Shown piece by piece: positions 13,133 to 26,587 of a stretch of DNA of 64,000 nt. The notes beneath the pieces are model-generated. The model was not told where the DNA came from. It saw only the letters and a list, made by a program, of their open reading frames with translations, and searched no databases. Position numbers and translations under genes: made by a program. The DNA is from Octopus bimaculoides. Its lineage: Eukaryota. The stretch spans positions 81,304,621 to 81,368,620 of the forward strand of contig NC_068983.1 of NCBI RefSeq assembly GCF_001194135.2, given 5' to 3'. Each line of letters begins with the position of its first letter. Position 1 is the stretch's first letter.

Positions 13133-13435
13133 TATGTGTGTGTGTGTGTGTACATACATACATGTGCAAATGCATATATGTATGCAAGTTTATAATCGTT
13201 ATCAAATTGTGTGACTGTTAAGAGTCACACAACTATAGGCAATCATAATGAGTGATCACAGAAATGCCCTTATGCATGTATGCTAGAAGCTAATGATCCA
13301 GGATTATTCTAATCAATAAAATTAGTAGGTTCCAAATATGCTTAAGATATTTCGATTATCATCTTATTGTTATCAGTCGGTTATTATCTGAAAAGTTAGC
13401 TCCAAAAAAATGATCACAATTCGTGACCTCTAGCA

Positions 13436-13597
13436 GGGTCATCTTAGAAATATTGTAGGCACCTAGGCAAATCAATGCACTGCTCTTTAGCGTATTTATT
13501 GACAACAAGCCTCTGTACACATAGATCAGAACGGTTCCCTAGACTGGTGGGGATCCTTGGCAACTGCCCTCTGTGTCCATGCCTTAAGACAGTGCTG
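13436..13597. mobile_element. degenerate hAT-like MITE
   Basis: Ends cagggtcatcttag ... cttaagacagtgctg form imperfect TIRs of the CAGGGCCGTCTTAA type; no TSD seen. Confidence 0.4.
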
Positions 13598-13862
13598 GTT
13601 TCTTGTGCATGGGTGCTTGTCTGTGTGTGTACATGTATGTGTGTGTGAGTAAATTAACATCATTTTAAAACAAAAATCCAGGGAGATAAAAATAAAATAT
13701 ACACAAGCAACCCTGGTGAATCATGATTTAACTTCAATAGGTGATGCGTGTGCATATGAATGGCAGTGTGCACAAATGTATGAGTGCATGAATATCTGAG
13801 GGTTTGTGTACGTATGTTAGTCTTGGTGGATGCATATGAATATATATATATATATATATATA

Positions 13863-14405
13863 NNNNNNNNNNNNNNNNNNNNNNNNNNNNNNNNNNNNNN
13901 NNNNNNNNNNNNNNNNNNNNNNNNNNNNNNNNNNNNNNNNNNNNNNNNNNNNNNNNNNNNNNNNNNNNNNNNNNNNNNNNNNNNNNNNNNNNNNNNNNNN
14001 NNNNNNNNNNNNNNNNNNNNNNNNNNNNNNNNNNNNNNNNNNNNNNNNNNNNNNNNNNNNNNNNNNNNNNNNNNNNNNNNNNNNNNNNNNNNNNNNNNNN
14101 NNNNNNNNNNNNNNNNNNNNNNNNNNNNNNNNNNNNNNNNNNNNNNNNNNNNNNNNNNNNNNNNNNNNNNNNNNNNNNNNNNNNNNNNNNNNNNNNNNNN
14201 NNNNNNNNNNNNNNNNNNNNNNNNNNNNNNNNNNNNNNNNNNNNNNNNNNNNNNNNNNNNNNNNNNNNNNNNNNNNNNNNNNNNNNNNNNNNNNNNNNNN
14301 NNNNNNNNNNNNNNNNNNNNNNNNNNNNNNNNNNNNNNNNNNNNNNNNNNNNNNNNNNNNNNNNNNNNNNNNNNNNNNNNNNNNNNNNNNNNNNNNNNNN
14401 NNNNN
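13863..14405. other. assembly gap (N); other gaps at 10776-10785, 28449-28553, 34051-34485, 34975-34984, 40899-41505, 57145-57154
   Basis: N runs, five of the seven abutting (TA)n or (TG)n. Confidence 0.99.
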
Positions 14406-15522
14406 ATATATATTATACAGATCTTTTTTATTGTGTGTGTGTGTGTGAGTGATAGAGAGAGGGGGGTGGAGTGAGAGAGAGAGACAGACAAACAGAGAAA
14501 GTGTGCACATAGATTTCTGTGTTTCTATAGTGTTTGTGCACTGTCTACATATATATTTAGAGAGAGAAAGAGGAAGGGTGAGTATGGGTAAATGTGCATG
14601 TCGGACAAAAGCAATGCTTATCCACAAAGCTAATACACTTCCTTCACGTTCTTTTTCTTCTTTTTTATTCGTACATGGATAAGAGAATGAAGAAGTGGGA
14701 GGTGGGTGAGAGAGGAAGGAGGAGGAGATGGAGAGAAAAGAGTTAGACTGGAGTGGTGGGAGGGCGACTAACTTAACATTGAATTCATTTGCATTCAAAG
14801 TATATAATTCATTTAGAAATAATAGATTTGATGTTGATGATGATTGCAAAGTGGAAAGGGTGGTGGTGATTGTGATGGTGGTGATTGTGGTGGTGGTGGT
14901 GGTGCTGGTAAATATAGGTGACAGATTGGAAATGGAGTAGAGTAGATGAAGAGGATGAAGATGTTGGCATTGTTTGTATCTAGGGAAGTGGAGATTGTGG
15001 TAAGGGTAAGAGGAGGTGATGGAGGTCGCAGTTTGAGGCTGTAGAAAGGTTGGATATTGGGGATGTTTGTTGTGCTATGGTGACTAGCAGCTGAGCTGTG
15101 ATGGTAGAAAATATAACTGTAGCAACAGCAACACAGACTCTAATAGTAGTAGTAGTAGTAAAGAATGTAAGAAAGTAGCAAAGGTAAAAGTGATAGTAGT
15201 AGTAGTAGAGAAAGTACTTAGCATAAATATAATATAGTACCAGGAGAAAATGTACAAGAAATAGCAGAGGTAGAGGAGGTAGTTGGTGGTTAGAGAACCA
15301 GCATGAGTAACATTACTTCCACAACCTCCTCAGACATGTCTAATCATAGTCATTCTCTTTGATGACTGGTTCATTCAGTTTCTTTTTCATTAAAAATGGG
15401 TTTTCAAAAAACTGATTTCCCCAAGAATAAAATGCTTGACTATAGAAATTTCCTTGTTGAAGGATGATTCAATGGCTTGCAGTGATGTATAACAGATGTA
15501 ACTAAAGAAGTAATGATGACAA

Positions 15523-15604
15523 GAAGAAGAAGAAGAAGAAGAAGAAGAAGAAGAAGAAGAAGAAGAAGAAGAAGAAGAAGAAGAAGAAGAAGAAGAAGAA
15601 GAAG

Positions 15605-15660
<56 letters not shown>
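15523..15660. repeat. compound trinucleotide microsatellite (GAA)28(CAA)9(CAG)9
   Basis: Counted directly from the sequence. Confidence 0.95.
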
Positions 15661-15662
<2 letters not shown>

Positions 15663-17210
15663 ATGAAAGTGATAATAAAAACAATAATATGACTGAAAGA
15701 GAGAGAGAGACAGAGAGAGCTACAACCAGGACTGAACAAGGAAGATATAAAAGTTATGCAGCATTAAAGTGTTTATAATATCTTTTGTAATAGTGACACT
15801 GGGAAGAGTACAGACATAAACAAAAAAGAATCTACAAAGACTCAAAAGGAAATATTGGTATTCAGTTCAAGATGATTGAAATTGCTGGAAACTATCATTA
15901 TTAATACCATAAGAATCCTAAGAAAGATTTGAGAACTTTGAAAAGTATTGTTGATACAAATATTTATCAATAATACTATCTTGAAACTCCAAAACCTTTA
16001 TGAAATTTTTGTTGGTGTTGATGATGATAATCCACAAAGTAGGGAATCTCATTCAGAGGTAAATATTTTAAGATCTCTGGCTTCACACTGTAATAGTTTA
16101 TATACTTCTGTCTCATACAAGAATGCAGAATTTTATTAATCTAATTAATTATCACAATATTTCTCCCTACAAATTTTCAGGTCTTGGGTCAGTTTTTGGT
16201 CTTATGTTTATATTAGAAGAAACATCATGTTAAAGGAGGAAAATGTGGGAGCTATGGGCATTGCAGTATAAAGTTATGTCTTTTTGCTCTCTGTGTTCAC
16301 ATGCCATGGGAATTTACTTTCTGAGGTTGATAACATAGGAGTCACTTAAATATCAGGGCTGATTTAATTAAACGTTTCCTCTAGAAGAATGTATGGCATT
16401 ATGACTATATTAAAAAAGCATTTTGGTATTGATTGCAATATGATAAAATATACTTTTGCTCAGCATTAACAGAAGATTTTAATAGATTTCTTCCATTTAA
16501 AGAAGTAGAATGAAGTGTTTTAGTCAAAGACAAGAAAAGACCAGAAAAAAGCTTAGAATACAACACTCTTTGCTAAAAATAAAATGGATCTCTTTACAAC
16601 TTCAAAGTGTGCAGCAACAATATCCAAAATACATGATGTGCAGGAAAATGTGAGTTGTGGCATTTATGCTTTTCTGTTGAGACAGTATAAATGTTATGAA
16701 CTATCTTAACAATGTAAGCCAAAACTTCTCCAAGAGTCAAGACTAGAATATAGGATCAACTCACGGGGAATTTAACTTTTTTCTATGATACCCGTTTTCT
16801 CTACAGAACTCAACAGCCTAATAATAAGGAATTCTAACATAAAAACATGGTCATACAATTTGGAGAAGAGATTTTCTGATTCTGTTGACCTCTAATACTT
16901 AAAAAGTAATTATTTCATTGACTTTTGAAAGATATAAGAAGTAACACTAACAGGAGTTTAATTAAAAACACATAACTAATGAATACAGGGCATTTTTTTC
17001 TGGCATTCAACACTCATTAAAGAATAAAATTTTGTAACAGTGGCACAAACCCACACATAAACAGGAGAAAGATATAAATGACTGAATCAACTGCGGGTAT
17101 ATTACTGATACTTATTTATCCACCCCAGAGGGATGACAAAGAGAGAAAGTTAAATAGTATCATATTCCTAACCCGACTGTCTGCTTAACAATTGTTTTTT
17201 TTTTTTTTTA

Positions 17211-17410
17211 ATATAGGCACAAAGCCTGAAACTTGAGGAGATGGGGGGGGGGGGCTAGCTGATTAGATTACTTGGTTGGTACTTTATTTTATTGACCCTA
17301 GAGGAATGAAAAGCAAATTTGATCTTGACTTTGGAAGGATTTGAACACAGAACGTAAAATGCCAGAACAAATAGTACAAAGAATTTTGTTTTATGTTCTA
17401 ACAATTCTGT
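17211..17410 (-). mobile_element. SINE family C, degenerate
   Basis: taggcacaaagcctgaaa...tggtactttattttattgaccc...gaatgaaaagcaaa...atttgaacacagaacgtaaa is the reverse complement of the family seen at 32235-33520. Confidence 0.65.
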
Positions 17411-17787
17411 TAATTGAGTACTGTCTTTTAATCATAGTACAAAGACACATTCCCTGGAAATAAATTCTAATAGAAAATTGTTGCCTATCTTCCTTTTTCT
17501 TTACTTTTTGATTCCAATCAAAGGGTACTCAATTTTCACATTTGATATAACAAAAATTGAAGGAAAGGAGCAAATAGGTTATTTATTTAAGGATTATTGC
17601 AAGAAAACTTATTATATAGGACACACTGTCAGATTTAAGGACAATTGGGAAGTGAAATTATGACATTCATGTCCTTCACAAAGGCATTGATGACATAAAA
17701 GTTAAAGGAGGTTAAACCTAAGAATAAAACAAACTTGATCACAGATATATCTCACCAGGAGTTTAGCCTTACTTTATCATAATCAAC

Positions 17788-18175
17788 AGTAGAGGTGCAA
17801 TGGCCCAGTGGTTAGGGCAGTGGACTCGCAGTCATAGGACCGCGGTTTCGATTCCCAGACCAGGCATTGTGAGTGTTTATTGAGTGAAAACACCTAAAGC
17901 TCCATGAGGCTCTGGCAGGGGATGGTGGTGAACCCTGCTGTACTCTTCCACTACAACTTTCTCTCATTCTTACTTCCTGTTTCTGTTGTGCCTGTAATTC
18001 AAAGGGTCAGCCTTGTCACACTGTGTCACGCTGAATATCCCCGAGAACTACATAAAGAGTACACGTGTCTGTGGAGTGCTCAGCCACTTGCACGTTAATT
18101 TCACGAGCAGGCTGTTCTGTTGATCGGATCAAGTGGAACCTTTGACGTCGTAAGCGATGGAGTGCCAACAACAAA
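17788..18175 (+). mobile_element. tRNA-derived SINE, family B, full length with 12-bp TSD
   Basis: A box TGGCCCAGTGG, B box GTTTCGATTCC, (CAA)n tail. TSD ATCATAATCAAC at 17776-17787 and 18176-18187. Confidence 0.92.
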
Positions 18176-20349
18176 ATCATAATCAACTAAAAAAATATTA
18201 CATGCACTTTAACTAAAAATGAATTTTAGTAACAAACTCAAAATATATGTTACATGCAGAAATATTTTAAGAAGTTGCTGCACTATATGAAAATTTGCAG
18301 TGTACATTGACACTAATTCATTCACTCCTCCTTAAGCCTTTGCTATAATTTTTCTTATATTTATTTTTTTATTTGTTTAATAGTTGTTTCATGTCCCACA
18401 AATACACATTCAGTTTTATCCTTATGGCTATGTCTGACAATTTCAAAGCAAAGCAAGAAATTAAAAAAAAAAAAATTTCAACAAAAGGAAAATAAACCAA
18501 ACTCTCCCTCCCTCACCAAATAAACAAAAACATTAGGAATAGATATTCAATGAATGCAAACAAAACAAAAAAAAAAATGAAACAAATGCAAGCAAAATCT
18601 CTCAGATTCTATATCATACAATGGATGAGTGATGAGTAGAGTGGATTACATGCTTAGTGTATAAATTGGAAGTATGACTGCTTTGCATAAGAGATTATGG
18701 GTTCTTCTCCCACTGCAGGCAGTATAACAATCTACTCATGGCTTTCCTTCTATGCCACAGACTAACCAGCTGTAGAATAAGCACCAATTTTGCAATAGTC
18801 TAAAGTGAGAATATCATACACAGAGTAAGAACAGAGGTCTTATCTCTCATTCATTTAAAACAACTTAAGGAATCCATAAACAATGATCCTGCAAACCATA
18901 TTGTACTGTATTGCTGCTTATTTGTATTTAATTTTTATTGGGGGAAAGAGAGAGAGAGAGAGAGAAATAGAGACTGACTCACTGCAGAAGAATCTCTCCA
19001 TGTAATGAAGATATTTAACTAGATTGCAGTTGCAAAATAAAAATGAATGACTATATGCAACCTGCAGTAGTTAGTTAATACTTACAAAATTAGATGTGGT
19101 AACATAAGAATGATGACTGTTTTTCATGCTGATGGCATCCTAACTAATTTGTCGGTAAATTATTGTCTAAAATATGGTGTCACACCTATGCATATATAAT
19201 CTTGTACATCTAACTTAGTGAGTTTTACATCACAACTTTGACAAGTACAGTGAAGTCATTGCTTCTGTAACAACGTTTAACAATACCAAAACATGTTCAG
19301 AGTTGTCTTCCATACATGCCAAACTGATTAAAGTAACATAAATACTCAGCTAACGATGTTCCCAATTAGTTTTCTTTTTAATGCTTGTTATTAGGAAACA
19401 CTAACATGGATACTTGCTCTGCTTAAATGAAAAACCAACCATAGAACCCTCTCTGACATGCAAGTGCATTTAGCTATGTAAAGTATGTAACGACAACGAA
19501 ATAGTAACACGACTCAATTTGTAGATGTAGTTTGATTTCTGGGCATTACACTCTTTGTGCAAGACAAATACAAGCAAAGCTACAGTAGACTGACTCAGCT
19601 ATAGTTATTTAATGACATACATTCTAAACCACTCCTAAGAGATAATAGCAAAAACACAAGACATTATAAAGCAACCAACGCAACTCTAAACACCATTCCA
19701 ACTCTGCTCGTTTGATAGCTGACAAATAAAAACTCATTAATAAATATTAATGAACTTTTTTTCACGTGTCTGCCATCCAATCAATAATTAAAATGGTTAT
19801 TGCCACCTTTCTCAATATTATATACTGTGTAGAGATCTGCTTTGGATAACATATCTATAAATGTAATTCATTGGCAGTGTGTAATCTCTCACACTATCTG
19901 AATCCATCTATTGATGTGTGTATGTATGTGTGTGTGTGTGTGTGAGTGCTCACACATGCCTGTATGCATGTACATAGGAATGGAGTAGAGGGAGAGAGTG
20001 AGAAGAAGGAAAGGGAGCAGAAAAATTTTCTCTAAGTCTAAAAAAAAAAATTGTCTTTTAATGTTAACATTAAGTGAGAACTAAGCTAAATTATGGAGAA
20101 AAATAAAAATCATCCAAGTGACAAAATGCATATATGTATGCATGTGTGATGTAAAAGTATGTGCACACATACACACATAAGCACAAACAAATTGGAAATA
20201 AAGAAACAAAGAGAAACTGTAATATAAATTAATAGATATACAAGCATCTAACTTTTACATCAGTATCTATTAAATGTATCAGTAATTAGAGGCAAATAGA
20301 CAGACAGAAACTTACACACACACACACACACATAATAACAACAACGACT

Positions 20350-20382
20350 ATAATAATAATAATGATACTAATAATAATAATG

Positions 20383-20448
<66 letters not shown>
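20350..20448. repeat. (AAT)n microsatellite
   Basis: Direct read. Confidence 0.95.
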
Positions 20449-20452
<4 letters not shown>

Positions 20453-20746
20453 CTCATTATATTTCATTTTCATTTTTCCTAATATATATTAAGACGTTCA
20501 AGAAAATTCTCAAACAAATGTTATATCAATTAGTAGTGTTTATTAATAATTTTGCAGTTGACAAAAATGAAGAAAAGAAAAAGAGAATAAATAATAAGGA
20601 ATAAGAAAAGAAAAAAATATTTAAAAATTATCTAAATAAAAAATTACATTGTAGACTTTTAATTTGTTCTTTTTATTAATTAGTAAGAGTTTCCATCAAA
20701 TATAAAGGTGATGTAAATATGAGAAAGAGTGGTAGTGGCAACATAC

Positions 20747-20822
20747 CTGCACTCCTGGCCACAGACTAAAATCATCACGTTGGTGACGTTCCGTCATATT
20801 TAGACTGGGGTAGCAGTCAGGA
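20747..20822 (-). CDS. candidate internal exon (xPDCYPSLNMTERHQRDDFSLWPGVQ)
   Basis: Strong acceptor tatttgtattttccAG and donor CAG|GTATGT. 76 nt, only one frame open, locally GC-richer than the flanks. Confidence 0.5.
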
Positions 20823-21114
20823 CTGGAAAATACAAATAAATAAGCATATAAGTAAAAAAAATAATAAATAAAATGATTTTCGAAAGCATTGGAAGATAAT
20901 GGCAAAGAAAATATTATTTACATCATTCTTGTTTTAAAATAGTAACAAATATAATTTTGACAAACAAAATTAATACAAAAGTTATTCTGTATATGATATA
21001 ACAATGCTATGGCAACTACTTCACTGTTTTTGTCATCATGCAAAAAGATAAATTGAATTTCAAATTAACCATGCACAATAGTAGATGCTGATCACCACCT
21101 CAGTAGAAAAAGAC

Positions 21115-21517
21115 CAGTGGTTCTCAATTAGGGTTCCATACGAACCCTAAGGGTCTATATAAGATCTTGTGGGGGTGGGGGGTCCATGCAAGAAAAATAG
21201 TAAATTGGGAAGTCACAGTGCTATTTTAAATGTCCATGGAAAACAAAAACAAAATTGCTTTAGATGTATTGATTGCAAGAAACAGACAGGTTTTTTTCAC
21301 TAATGTTTTACATAGTTCAACATGTTTCTGGCAAACATGTTTTCTCAGAAAGTTCTATTGCAAACCTATACAAGTGAATGGATGAAAAACAGTATTGGAA
21401 TTTTAAAAGAAGAATCTATAAAACTAGCTTTTAGACATTGAATGGCTATAGGAGTCCACCAGTATAAAATAGTGATCAAGGGAGATCATGGGTAAAAAAA
21501 ATGGTTGAAAACTCCTA
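21115..21517. mobile_element. old hAT (Charlie-like) MITE
   Basis: Left end CAGTGGTTCTCAA, right end TTGAAAACTCCTA (imperfect TIR); TSD not preserved. Confidence 0.5.
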
Positions 21518-22180
21518 GACTGCCTATATTTCACAAATGCTAGATATGTTAACACACATATGAGAACATACACACAACACACTACCACAAAATAAAGGAT
21601 ATATTGAATAATACAGGCTTAGATACCCTTGGATTAAGAACAAAGATAGGAAGGCCTTTGATTACAAGCCTGCTTGATCGAGTCTGACCCGATGTGAAAA
21701 AATAAAAAAATAAATGATATACATAGATTTTAAGTAAAGAACAAGCAAATTCAGACACAAGCACTCAGTGAGTACAAATATGCCAATGCATAAATATTTT
21801 TTATTCACTTCAAATACAGTAGTAAAAAAATATAATGTCATCAGTCAGTCTTGTCAAGTTTGGTTGCCTATTTGGCTCAGCATCTTTTAACTCCTTAGCA
21901 AAGCAGTTCTTTTAAGTATTAACACCAATATTTTATAATTAAAAAATTCTAATTTTTCTCTTTAATCTAACTAAATGCCCCAGCATGGTTGAATTCTAAG
22001 TAAAAGATAAAAGATGAACCTGAACAAGAGAGGTTTATAACATACAATTTTACAACAAAAAAAAAAAAATAAAATAAGTAATGGTAAAAACAAATATTCT
22101 AAAGCAGTTATCATTAAGGACAAAAGCCTAGCAAACTAAGCTTTTTTAATCAGTAAAACTATTCATAAATTGTAATCAAT

Positions 22181-22465
22181 GATTTAGTAATCCTTATTGT
22201 TTCTGAGAACTGAAAAATGAAGTAACCAACAATGTAATTTGAACTCATAAGCAAGAAGTAAGCTAGATTCTGTAAAGCTGTAAAGTTCTGTGTAGATTTT
22301 ATCAATACTAATGGCAGCAGGCAAGCAAGGTTTGACCCCATTTAGGTGGAATGTAGAGAGTTTGTTGACCAGTCCCTTTACAGTGTTTACAGCATGCTTC
22401 ATACCACAGTGGCCAGTAGGCAGAAGGCCATAAAGTTGGCTGTGGAAGCAGTAGAAATTATTTAG
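22181..22465 (+). pseudogene. decayed C-terminus of an RLE-type non-LTR retrotransposon ORF (HERO-like)
   Basis: One frame with stops reads DLVILI...ARFDPI*VECREFVDQSLYSVYSML...RQKAIKLAVEAVE, resembling the recalled P(I/V)EVGCRGF.GQSL...RAI...EA.E motif of HERO-clade elements. Confidence 0.5.
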
Positions 22466-22669
22466 ATCAGAAAGTACAAAAGCTGGAAGGGGCAGTGCTA
22501 ACCAGAAACAAGCCTGAGCTTGATCAACCATGGGTATGTCACCTGGATGAGAATGTCTGATGTTGAAAAACTTGAAACACCTAATGACTCCAGGTGGATG
22601 ATGTATGGGGAGAAAAAAATAATACTTTCAACCACACAGACATGTCTGTATTTATCATATATATATATC

Positions 22670-22750
22670 ATCATCATCATCATCATCGTTTAGCATCCAC
22701 TTTCCATGCTGGCATAGGTTGGACAGTTCGACTGAGGACTGGCAAGCCTC
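22670..22750 (-). mobile_element. RTE LINE extreme 3' end with (GAT)n tail
   Basis: (CAT)n-cgtttagcatccactttccatgctggcataggttggac...actgaggactgg is the reverse complement of the 51607-51842 tail. Confidence 0.8.
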
Positions 22751-23745
22751 ATATATATAGTAAATACAAACGATAGAATGAAGATGGCAATTTTTAATCA
22801 GTGATAACCCTTTCAATAATCAGAAGAATTTTTTACATTAATCACCATGATGCACATTGTGTAAATACAGAGGCTATGAAATAAGTTTTACTAATCATTT
22901 CTTCAAACTCAGTTATACCTGGTTTTCATAGCAGAAATTAGTCTATTAAATATAATAAAGAGGGAATGGTATAGGAAAAAAAAAAAAAAATTATAAACAG
23001 CAGTTTGTCACACTTTCAGAAATTCACTCAAGTAGGGAGACTATAGAGACAGATTGTCTTATTAGTTTCCCAATGTTAAATCTACTGTAAACAGCCAGGG
23101 CCGCAAATGATGACTGGCTAGGAATGATCTAATTTATTGTATGAACACTAAAGAGGCAGAGGTAAGAGCAAAGAACTCAAATAAATACATACACACATTC
23201 ATGTACATGCTGACAAGTTTACATATGTATGCACTTGTATGCACACACATGCATACATACAAACATACATACATATATCCATGCATGCAGTATCTATGTC
23301 TATATGTAATGAATGAGTATCTGCAGCTCCAAATTAAGGTCTTTTATGGCGGTGTTTATAAAATACTATTAAAGTAGACAAATATAATCCCAAACTAATT
23401 TCATGTTTTTTTTGGGGGTCCTCTATTCAATTTATTTATTCAGTATGTCATGTTGCTTTAATAGCACCTTTACTTATTCCCTGCCCATTTCTTTCACTTT
23501 CTTGTTCTCTATGATGCCCTGTTTATTTGGATACTACAGCCTCGTTTTCACCATTTTAGTAAGCAGAAAGTACTGCTGAAGTACCTTATGTATCACAAGC
23601 AATATCATTTATCTATCAATAAAATCTCACTTAAATGAGAATATCATCTTGCAAGATATCAGTAAAAGATGTTTTTAAGTTTATAAATGATGAGAAAAGG
23701 GAAAGGAACCAAAATATACAAGCTAAACCCTTCTGAAAGACTAAC

Positions 23746-23808
23746 CATGCCATGTCATCAAACATCCCTTTTGATGACCAAACATATTCTGGTCTTTCTA
23801 CATATGCA
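23746..23808 (-). CDS. candidate internal exon (xAYVERPEYVWSSKGMFDDMAx)
   Basis: Acceptor gatccaccctAG, donor GTTAGT, 63 nt, phase 2/2; joins both neighbours in frame. Confidence 0.35.
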
Positions 23809-23933
23809 CTAGGGTGGATCAATCATTACAATTATTAAAAATTTGAATCGATTCGTATGAATAAAAAAAGATCCATTAGATTTTTAAATGCTTCAAAATG
23901 GCCAGTTGATTCCTATAATCATTCTTCTTTTAC

Positions 23934-24041
23934 CATAATATTTCTTCAGTCCCAGAAGATACAGAGTTATCAATAAAGTCATCAAGTTTCAGAAATATTA
24001 TGGATATATCTAAACTGGGTAACTGTCTAACACATGTTACA
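23934..24041 (-). CDS. candidate internal exon (xVTCVRQLPSLDISIIFLKLDDFIDNSVSSGTEEILx)
   Basis: Acceptor ttatcttgtattccAG; donor GTAAAA lies exactly where the frame would otherwise stop; 108 nt, phase 2/2. Confidence 0.4.
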
Positions 24042-26587
24042 CTGGAATACAAGATAATTTATTAATGAAATCTACAAAACATGAGCTTTGTTCTTAGAAT
24101 TTCTATTTTAATAAGTTTTCTCTTTCTTTCTTTTTTTTTTAAAATTAGATATATGGATTCTTATCATTATTATTGAGAGGAGACAAATGATTAACTAAAT
24201 CCAATATATTATTGGTATTAACTAATTTTATCTATTTTAGAGTGGAAGGCACCGAAAGCTTATTTTGAAATTGGCTTTTTATATTTAATATGTATACAGA
24301 TAATTCCTGCCAAATTTCAAAGAATATTTTAAAGAATGATTATAGGAATGTAAATCACAAATTTTTAAACAGATTTTCATCCAGATATCTAATGAGATTT
24401 AGAATAGCTGTTTGATATGTAAGAAAGTGCAATGAAATTTCCTTCAATTACAATATTGTAAAGATATTCACCTTGCAACCACTTGGTTGTTTACACTGTG
24501 CTACACTTTAGATATGTGTCTTTTACTACAGTTTTGGCTTGACCAATACTTTGGTTGGGTATATCACATATGCATTGAAACACATTAGTAATATCAGTGA
24601 GAAAACAGACAAACTGATACTTTTGAATGCAGTGCCAAATAGTTTGTTTTCTGCCTGAGTTATACAGACACCCCTTTTCACTCTTGCCATAGTAAATAAA
24701 GTGAACCAGTTATTGGAAACATGTAACCAACAATGCAGATCATCATAAAATGTGATTTTATAAATCAATAACAAAAATAACCACTTGTTACTATCTTAAA
24801 AGGACCTTGGCACAATGCACAATGTAGCCCTGGATATACAAAATAAAAGATGAGATTGTTATGGCTAAAACACCTTTGATTACAGATCTGCTTGATGAGG
24901 ACAATAACAAACAATAACAACATAGTAGTTTTGATACATCTGTTAATTTTTTTCTTTATAGTTCTGTGTTAAAGTTGGCATTACAAATTGGGTGTGTTCT
25001 CCAAGATCAGAAGGGTAAGAGCAGAGAAGGTATGAATGTTATTATCGTAGTAAGAAAGTTTGGAAAGTTGAGAATTTCAGTAGTGTAGAAATACATGAGC
25101 CCTCAGAAGAAGAGTTACAGAATGACTTTACATAACTCTTAATTAAAACTAAGGTTTACAGAATCCATGGAAAACTTAGAAAATAAAGCTTTCAATGTTC
25201 TTGAAATTTATGTTTCTTGGCCGATAAATAATTGGAAAACATTTAATATTCTAAAATCAAAGTCTCAGTTTTTTTGTATTTTGAATAACAAATATTCAGC
25301 TTTAAAAAAAAATTTGAGTCACAAAAATTAAAAGAAAAATAATAAAAAATTATTTTAAATAAATAGGTTGGTTTAGAAATGAACTGAAATATTAAGCAGG
25401 GAATTCTTGATAAATTATGAATAACATTTTCTATCAATGCTGTAGTGACAATGTTGAGTTGAGATTATTTTCGCAGGCATCAAACAATGCCTTCAGCTAA
25501 AATGTTGCTAAAACAACTGTGAAAGATTTCAAATATTCTTTGGAATAATTTTGAGACACAAGAAGTTGATATTTAACTTGCATCATTAAATACACCATGG
25601 CATACAGAATTATATATACCATAAAAAAGAAAAAAAATTCATGACACATTTATCATTGCTTGTACAGATATTAGATTTACTTATCAACTGATTGAAACGC
25701 TTAAGGAGAGAGATAGAGAGAGAGGAAAGAAGGGAGGGAAAGAGACAGAATTAAAGGTGGAAGGTGGAGGAAGGGGAAACAAATATATTAATGGAATTAC
25801 TAATTGAGAAAGAACTTATTTTAATTATTCAGTTATTTAATTTCTTTATATTTTTCCTTTCTCAGTTATAAAAAATTAAATAATAATAAATAAAAATAAA
25901 TAAAGATGTTAAGCTCCAATAGCAACTGGGAACCAGAGTCAATTTGTTTTCCTTGAAGACAGCAAACAAGTTTACTCAAAGCAAGATCCCTAATGAATAG
26001 GTTTCCAGTGACAGGAAATAACTAATGATTAATTTTGCTATGTCACGACAAACTTCAGTGACTGTGCCTATTGCTCAGAAGGTGAAGAGCATTCATTGTT
26101 ATAGGAAAGCACTCACTCGAACTAATAACTACTGACAGGGAGACATTTGTTGTCATACAGGGGTTCACTGATTAACTATCTCTATAAATGAATTCCAATT
26201 GAAAATGAACAGACAAATGTTCAGAAACTTGGTCAATCATCTAGGATGTAATGATACTGAAAATTATTCTCGTTTCTTTTAGAATATTGTTGAAGAAAAG
26301 GGAGGATATATAGAATACAATGCCATTTTCAAAGACTGCCATAGTAGTTTATTGTAGAATAAGTCTTAAAAGATTCAGGAAACCAACTGATTTAGAAGAG
26401 TTACCCTTCCAAAACAGATCAAGACTAAAAGTAACTATTTTGTGCAAAACTAAATAAGGCTTAAATTAGAATTTTAATTAAATAAAATATATAAAAAAGC
26501 TGATTTGATTGTTAAAATAAATCTTCTATTTTCCTAAATTGTGTTTACAAAATACTCAACTTTTCTAAAAGTAAATTAGATTAGTGA

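Noticed and set aside
13207-13232. 10-bp perfect hairpin as a Helitron 3' end
   Set aside because: Not GC-rich and lacks the spaced CTRR terminus; chance-level.
13734-14849. Longest ORFs in the track (371, 256 and 239 aa, etc.)
   Set aside because: They run through N gaps and TA/CA repeats; not evidence of coding.
15440-15739. Poly-Ala/Val/Leu ORF and possible polyQ/polyE protein
   Set aside because: Translation of the compound trinucleotide repeat; no splice or start context.
17791-17865. tRNA gene
   Set aside because: A and B boxes are present but continue into a SINE body with tail and TSD; it is a SINE head.
26250-26305. Tc1/mariner transposase C-terminal remnant (NIVEEKGGYIE)
   Set aside because: Too short to support, and no flanking TIR pair identified.
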